DNA from: Phycisphaera mikurensis NBRC 102666
GTDB taxonomy: Bacteria > Planctomycetota > Phycisphaerae > Phycisphaerales > Phycisphaeraceae
Direction of reading: 5' to 3'
Assembly: GCF_000284115.1 (NCBI RefSeq)
Contig: NC_017080.1
Location: forward strand, 600,001-632,000
DNA: 32,000 nt
A program made the position numbers and the translations under genes. Below are positions 28,913-32,000 of this stretch, in pieces (positions within the stretch are counted from its first letter, which is position 1; each line of letters opens with the position of its first letter). The notes beneath the pieces are model-generated. The model saw only the letters and a program-made list of their open reading frames with translations. It was not told the DNA's origin and searched no databases.

Positions 28913-31900
28913 TCAGCGGAGCGGGCCGGTGGTGCCGCCGACGCCGCGGACGTCGACGCGGTCGGTCATGAGGTTCCAGGTGGCGCTGCGGGCGGGGAGG
29001 GTGCGGTTGTCGGCGGTGATCGCCATGCCGCGGTCGGCGTCGCTCCAGAGCTGCACCTCGTCCTCGCCGGTGCGGTAGAGCAGGTGGTCGGCCGTGATGA
29101 CCCGCTCGTCCTGCTCGACCACGACGCTCCCGTCGATGCGGACCTGGCGCAGGTCCGCGCCCGCGGCGGGGGCGGTGGCTCCGCCGGCCGGCTCGCCCTC
29201 GCCGGCGAAGGTGGCCAGCAGGCGGTCGCCGTAGAGCTTCACGCGGGGGCGGCCGTCGCGGGGGTCGTGGTTCATGAAGACGTCGCCGGTGAGCTCGGCG
29301 TCGCGGCTCCGGCCGTCCAGCCGCAGGGCGGTGGCCCAGCGGAAGAAGGTGGCGCCGCGGCCGGCGAGGCGCACGGCCGGGGCGGCGTCGCCCGCGGGCG
29401 TGGCGTCGCCGCCGGGCCGCTCGTCGACGAGGATGAGCTTGCCGGGGCCGGGCATCGTCAGCAGCTGGCGGCCGCCCTCCTCGGCGGGCAGCACGTCCAG
29501 GTCCAGCCGCGGGCCTTCGGCGCGCAGCGTGGAGGCGGTGGCGCCGCCGGGCCCGAGCGTCTCCACGACGACGACGACCGGGCGGTTGCCGCCAACGGGG
29601 GCGGAGGCCCGCAGCGTGCGGAGGCTGGCGAAGCCGCCCGGAGCGGGCCCGCCGGCGTCGGGCTCGGCCCCGGCGTGGGCCGTCTCGAAGGTGACGAACA
29701 CGCCGCCGGCCTCGATGCGGCGGCGCTCGGTGGCGGACTGGGAGGTGGTCAGCGTCTCCCCCTGCGCCTCGGCTTCGCCGGTGGCGCCGTCGTAGGCGAG
29801 GCCGGTGGTCCAGGTGAGCCGGGTCTCGTCGGATCCGGCTCCAGGCCCGTCCCCCGGGCCGGGCCCGGCGGGGAGGCTGCGCAGCTCGCCGGGCCCGCGG
29901 ACCTCCAGCCGCTCGCCGGCGAGCCCGGCGATGATCGTGCCGCCGGAGAGGCGGAAGCCGCCGCGGGCGGCGGTGGCGGGCAGGCCGTCGGTGCCGTTGA
30001 GCTCCACCCGGTCGAGCCGGGGGGACGCGGTCAGGCGGTCGGCGGCGAGGTAGAGCGGCTCGGCGGCGGCGTCGGCGGTCTCCGGCGCCGCCTCGCCGAG
30101 GCCGCCGGCGTCGAGCGTCTCGACGGTGACGCCGCCGGAGGCCTCGAGGCCGGCGATCTCGGGCCGCTGCGGGTCGGTCGGCGAGGGCGACAGCGCGACG
30201 CGGAGGTCCTCGCTGCGGAGCGTCCAGAGCGGCTCGGCGTCGGGCTTCGCACCGGCCGGCCGCCGGGTCGCAACGACGCCGCCGTCGGCGAGCAGCGACT
30301 TTGGCGCCGGCTGGCCGCCGCCGGGCGCCGCTCCGAAGCCGAGGGTGACGCGGGAGGCGTCGAGGCGGAGCGGGCCGCCCCCGGAGAACCCGTCGCCGCC
30401 GGACGCTCCGCCGGGGGCCGCCGCGTCGACGCCGACGCGGCCGGTGAAGACGGCCGAGCGGATGGCCAGCGCCTCACGCTCGCCCTCGGCTGGGTCGAAG
30501 GCGAGGTCCATCCCGGCCTGGAAGGCCACGCGGAGCGCGTCGCCGGCGTCGGCCGCGTCGGGGTCTCGGGCGGTGAGCACGCCGGGGCCGGCGGCCCGCG
30601 CGACGCCGGCACCGGGCGTCGCCTCGATCCGCTGCGCGGTGAGCGTGCCGGCGCCGGGGTCCTCGGCGCGCACGGGAGCGCCGCCGACGCCGGTGGCGTC
30701 CAGCCGGCCGTCGGCGGTGGTGTACGCGAGCGAGGCGGCGGCGATGCGGGCGGCGCCGCTGGCGGCCGTGGCGGGAGCCTCGGCCGTGCCCCCCAGCTGG
30801 AGGTGGGCGCCGGTGAAGGCGGCGCTGCGGACGGCCTCGGGCCCCTCGCCCGGGGCCGCGGGGCGGAGGCGCAGCGGGCCGGTCCAGGCGAGCTCGACGG
30901 TGCCGGGGCCGGGCTGGAAGAGGGAGGCGCCGGCTTCGGCCGGGGCGGGCGGCGGGGCCGGATCGCCGCCGCGGATCGCGGGCGTTCCGGCCGCCTGGGC
31001 GCCGCGGTCCGCGGGGCCCGGCGGTGGCGTCGCCTCCGCGTCGCCGCCGCCGAGGCCCTCGCCGGCGGCGAAGAACACCAGCAGGGTGCGGCCGGTGAGG
31101 CGGGTGCCCGAGTCGGCGTCGATGGTGACGCCGCCGGAGGCCTCGACGCGGTAGACCGTGGCGGGCGTGGCTTCGGGCCTGGGCGTGGGCGTCGCCGCGT
31201 CGGTTGCGCCGCCGGTCTCCGCGCTGCGGGCGGCCGACTCCGGATCCGGCGTCGGCGTCGGCGTCGGGGGCACGCCCGCCGCCGCGCCGCCCGCCTCCTC
31301 CCGCCGCAGCCGCAGGAACTCGGTTTCGTCGAGCACGAGCTTCTTGACCTCCTCCTCGGCTCGGCTGAAGTCCAGCTCCAGCCCGGTGCCGGCGAGGTCC
31401 ACCCGCGGCCCGCTCACGCGCACCGGCCCGGCGGTGGAGAGCCGGCCCAGCTCGCGATCGAAGCTGGTCGGCCCGGCGAGAGCGAGCCGCAACACCGCGT
31501 TCGCGTCGGACTCGGGAGCGGCCGGCGAGGCCAGCCGATGGAAGGTGACCACCGTGCCGCCGCGGAAGCTGCCGCGCTGGAAGTCGTTGCCGGGGTGCTC
31601 CACCGTGCCCTCGGCGGCCTCGAGGACGAGCAGGCGGCCGGGCCCGAGCTCGACGCGGGCCCGGGGGGCCTCCACGTCGGAGACGAAATCGGTCCGCGGC
31701 GTCAGCACGTCCCAGGTCAGAGCGGTCTGCTTGCCGTCCTGCTCGGTGAGAAAGGTCGACCGCTCGACCGCCTGCAGCGGGTTCTGCCGCGGGGCGTTGG
31801 CGTCCTCGGTGAAGCGGCCCGGGAAGTCGTCGGGGTCGAGGCTCGCCGCCTCGGCCGGTCCTGCGGAGGGGCCGGGGTCGCCGAGGTACCAGGCGGTGGC

Positions 31901-31963
31901 GAGCAGCAGCGCCGACGCCGCGAGGGCGCCTCCGAGCAGCGTGGGCAGGGCCGGGTTCGCCAT
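28913..31963 (-). CDS. Large membrane-anchored protein with multiple OstA/LptA-like (beta-jellyroll) repeat segments (tentative)
   Basis: 1016 aa from ATG 31963. N-terminal anchor PTLLGGALAASALLLATAWYL. Recurrent segments resemble OstA_N/LptA strands: VYRVEASGGVTIDADSGTRLTGRTLLVFF; LYLAADRLTASPRLDRVELNG; AELTGDVFMNHDPRDGRPRVKLYGDRLLATF; VRIDGSVVVEQDERVITADHLLYRTGEDEVQLW. Pro/Ala/Gly linkers lie between them. The family call rests on motif resemblance only. Confidence 0.6.
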   Translation of the reverse strand: MANPALPTLLGGALAASALLLATAWYLGDPGPSAGPAEAASLDPDDFPGRFTEDANAPRQNPLQAVERSTFLTEQDGKQTALTWDVLTPRTDFVSDVEAPRARVELGPGRLLVLEAAEGTVEHPGNDFQRGSFRGGTVVTFHRLASPAAPESDANAVLRLALAGPTSFDRELGRLSTAGPVRVSGPRVDLAGTGLELDFSRAEEEVKKLVLDETEFLRLRREEAGGAAAGVPPTPTPTPDPESAARSAETGGATDAATPTPRPEATPATVYRVEASGGVTIDADSGTRLTGRTLLVFFAAGEGLGGGDAEATPPPGPADRGAQAAGTPAIRGGDPAPPPAPAEAGASLFQPGPGTVELAWTGPLRLRPAAPGEGPEAVRSAAFTGAHLQLGGTAEAPATAASGAARIAAASLAYTTADGRLDATGVGGAPVRAEDPGAGTLTAQRIEATPGAGVARAAGPGVLTARDPDAADAGDALRVAFQAGMDLAFDPAEGEREALAIRSAVFTGRVGVDAAAPGGASGGDGFSGGGPLRLDASRVTLGFGAAPGGGQPAPKSLLADGGVVATRRPAGAKPDAEPLWTLRSEDLRVALSPSPTDPQRPEIAGLEASGGVTVETLDAGGLGEAAPETADAAAEPLYLAADRLTASPRLDRVELNGTDGLPATAARGGFRLSGGTIIAGLAGERLEVRGPGELRSLPAGPGPGDGPGAGSDETRLTWTTGLAYDGATGEAEAQGETLTTSQSATERRRIEAGGVFVTFETAHAGAEPDAGGPAPGGFASLRTLRASAPVGGNRPVVVVVETLGPGGATASTLRAEGPRLDLDVLPAEEGGRQLLTMPGPGKLILVDERPGGDATPAGDAAPAVRLAGRGATFFRWATALRLDGRSRDAELTGDVFMNHDPRDGRPRVKLYGDRLLATFAGEGEPAGGATAPAAGADLRQVRIDGSVVVEQDERVITADHLLYRTGEDEVQLWSDADRGMAITADNRTLPARSATWNLMTDRVDVRGVGGTTGPLR

Positions 31964-32000
31964 CGCGCGAGGGTACGGGCCGGGCGGGCCCCCGACGCGG

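Overview
Very GC-rich bacterial chromosomal segment (by eye about three-quarters G+C). The gene content suggests Planctomycetota, possibly Phycisphaerae-like, but this is inference only: a BatA/vWA cluster, a secreted prenyltransferase-repeat protein, PEP-CTERM proteins, a DWG-type Ser/Thr kinase, a fused aroDE, and a giant OstA-like protein. High GC leaves most frames open, so I called genes only where the translation shows recognisable family motifs, a signal peptide or TM helices, or operon logic. I support about 24 CDSs. (1) 99-9198 (+): a translationally coupled BatA/vWA-type envelope cluster. (2) prmC, an intact IS5/IS1182-type insertion sequence, and purU (-). (3) An outer-membrane beta-barrel gene convergent with an orphan murE. 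(4) A signalling patch: a PilZ/degenerate-REC/degenerate-Hpt protein, a Ser/Thr kinase, an alpha/beta hydrolase, a small anchored protein and an Rrf2 regulator. (5) dinB-aroDE-bioA (-). (6) Two convergent PEP-CTERM genes. (7) A small membrane protein. (8) A two-gene unit encoding a 1016-aa membrane-anchored OstA/LptA-like repeat protein. No rRNA, tRNA or CRISPR was seen. The most unusual content is non-coding. First, five tandem ~107-bp units built from nested perfect palindromes (27132-27665) sit in a 900-bp divergent intergenic region. Second, a ~148-bp imperfect palindrome covers the prmC start and abuts the IS end. Third, a recurrent exact 13-15-mer family (ATCCGCGGACCGTCG) forms hairpins or short tandem arrays at gene boundaries. 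All homology statements come from motif recognition by eye; no searches were run.
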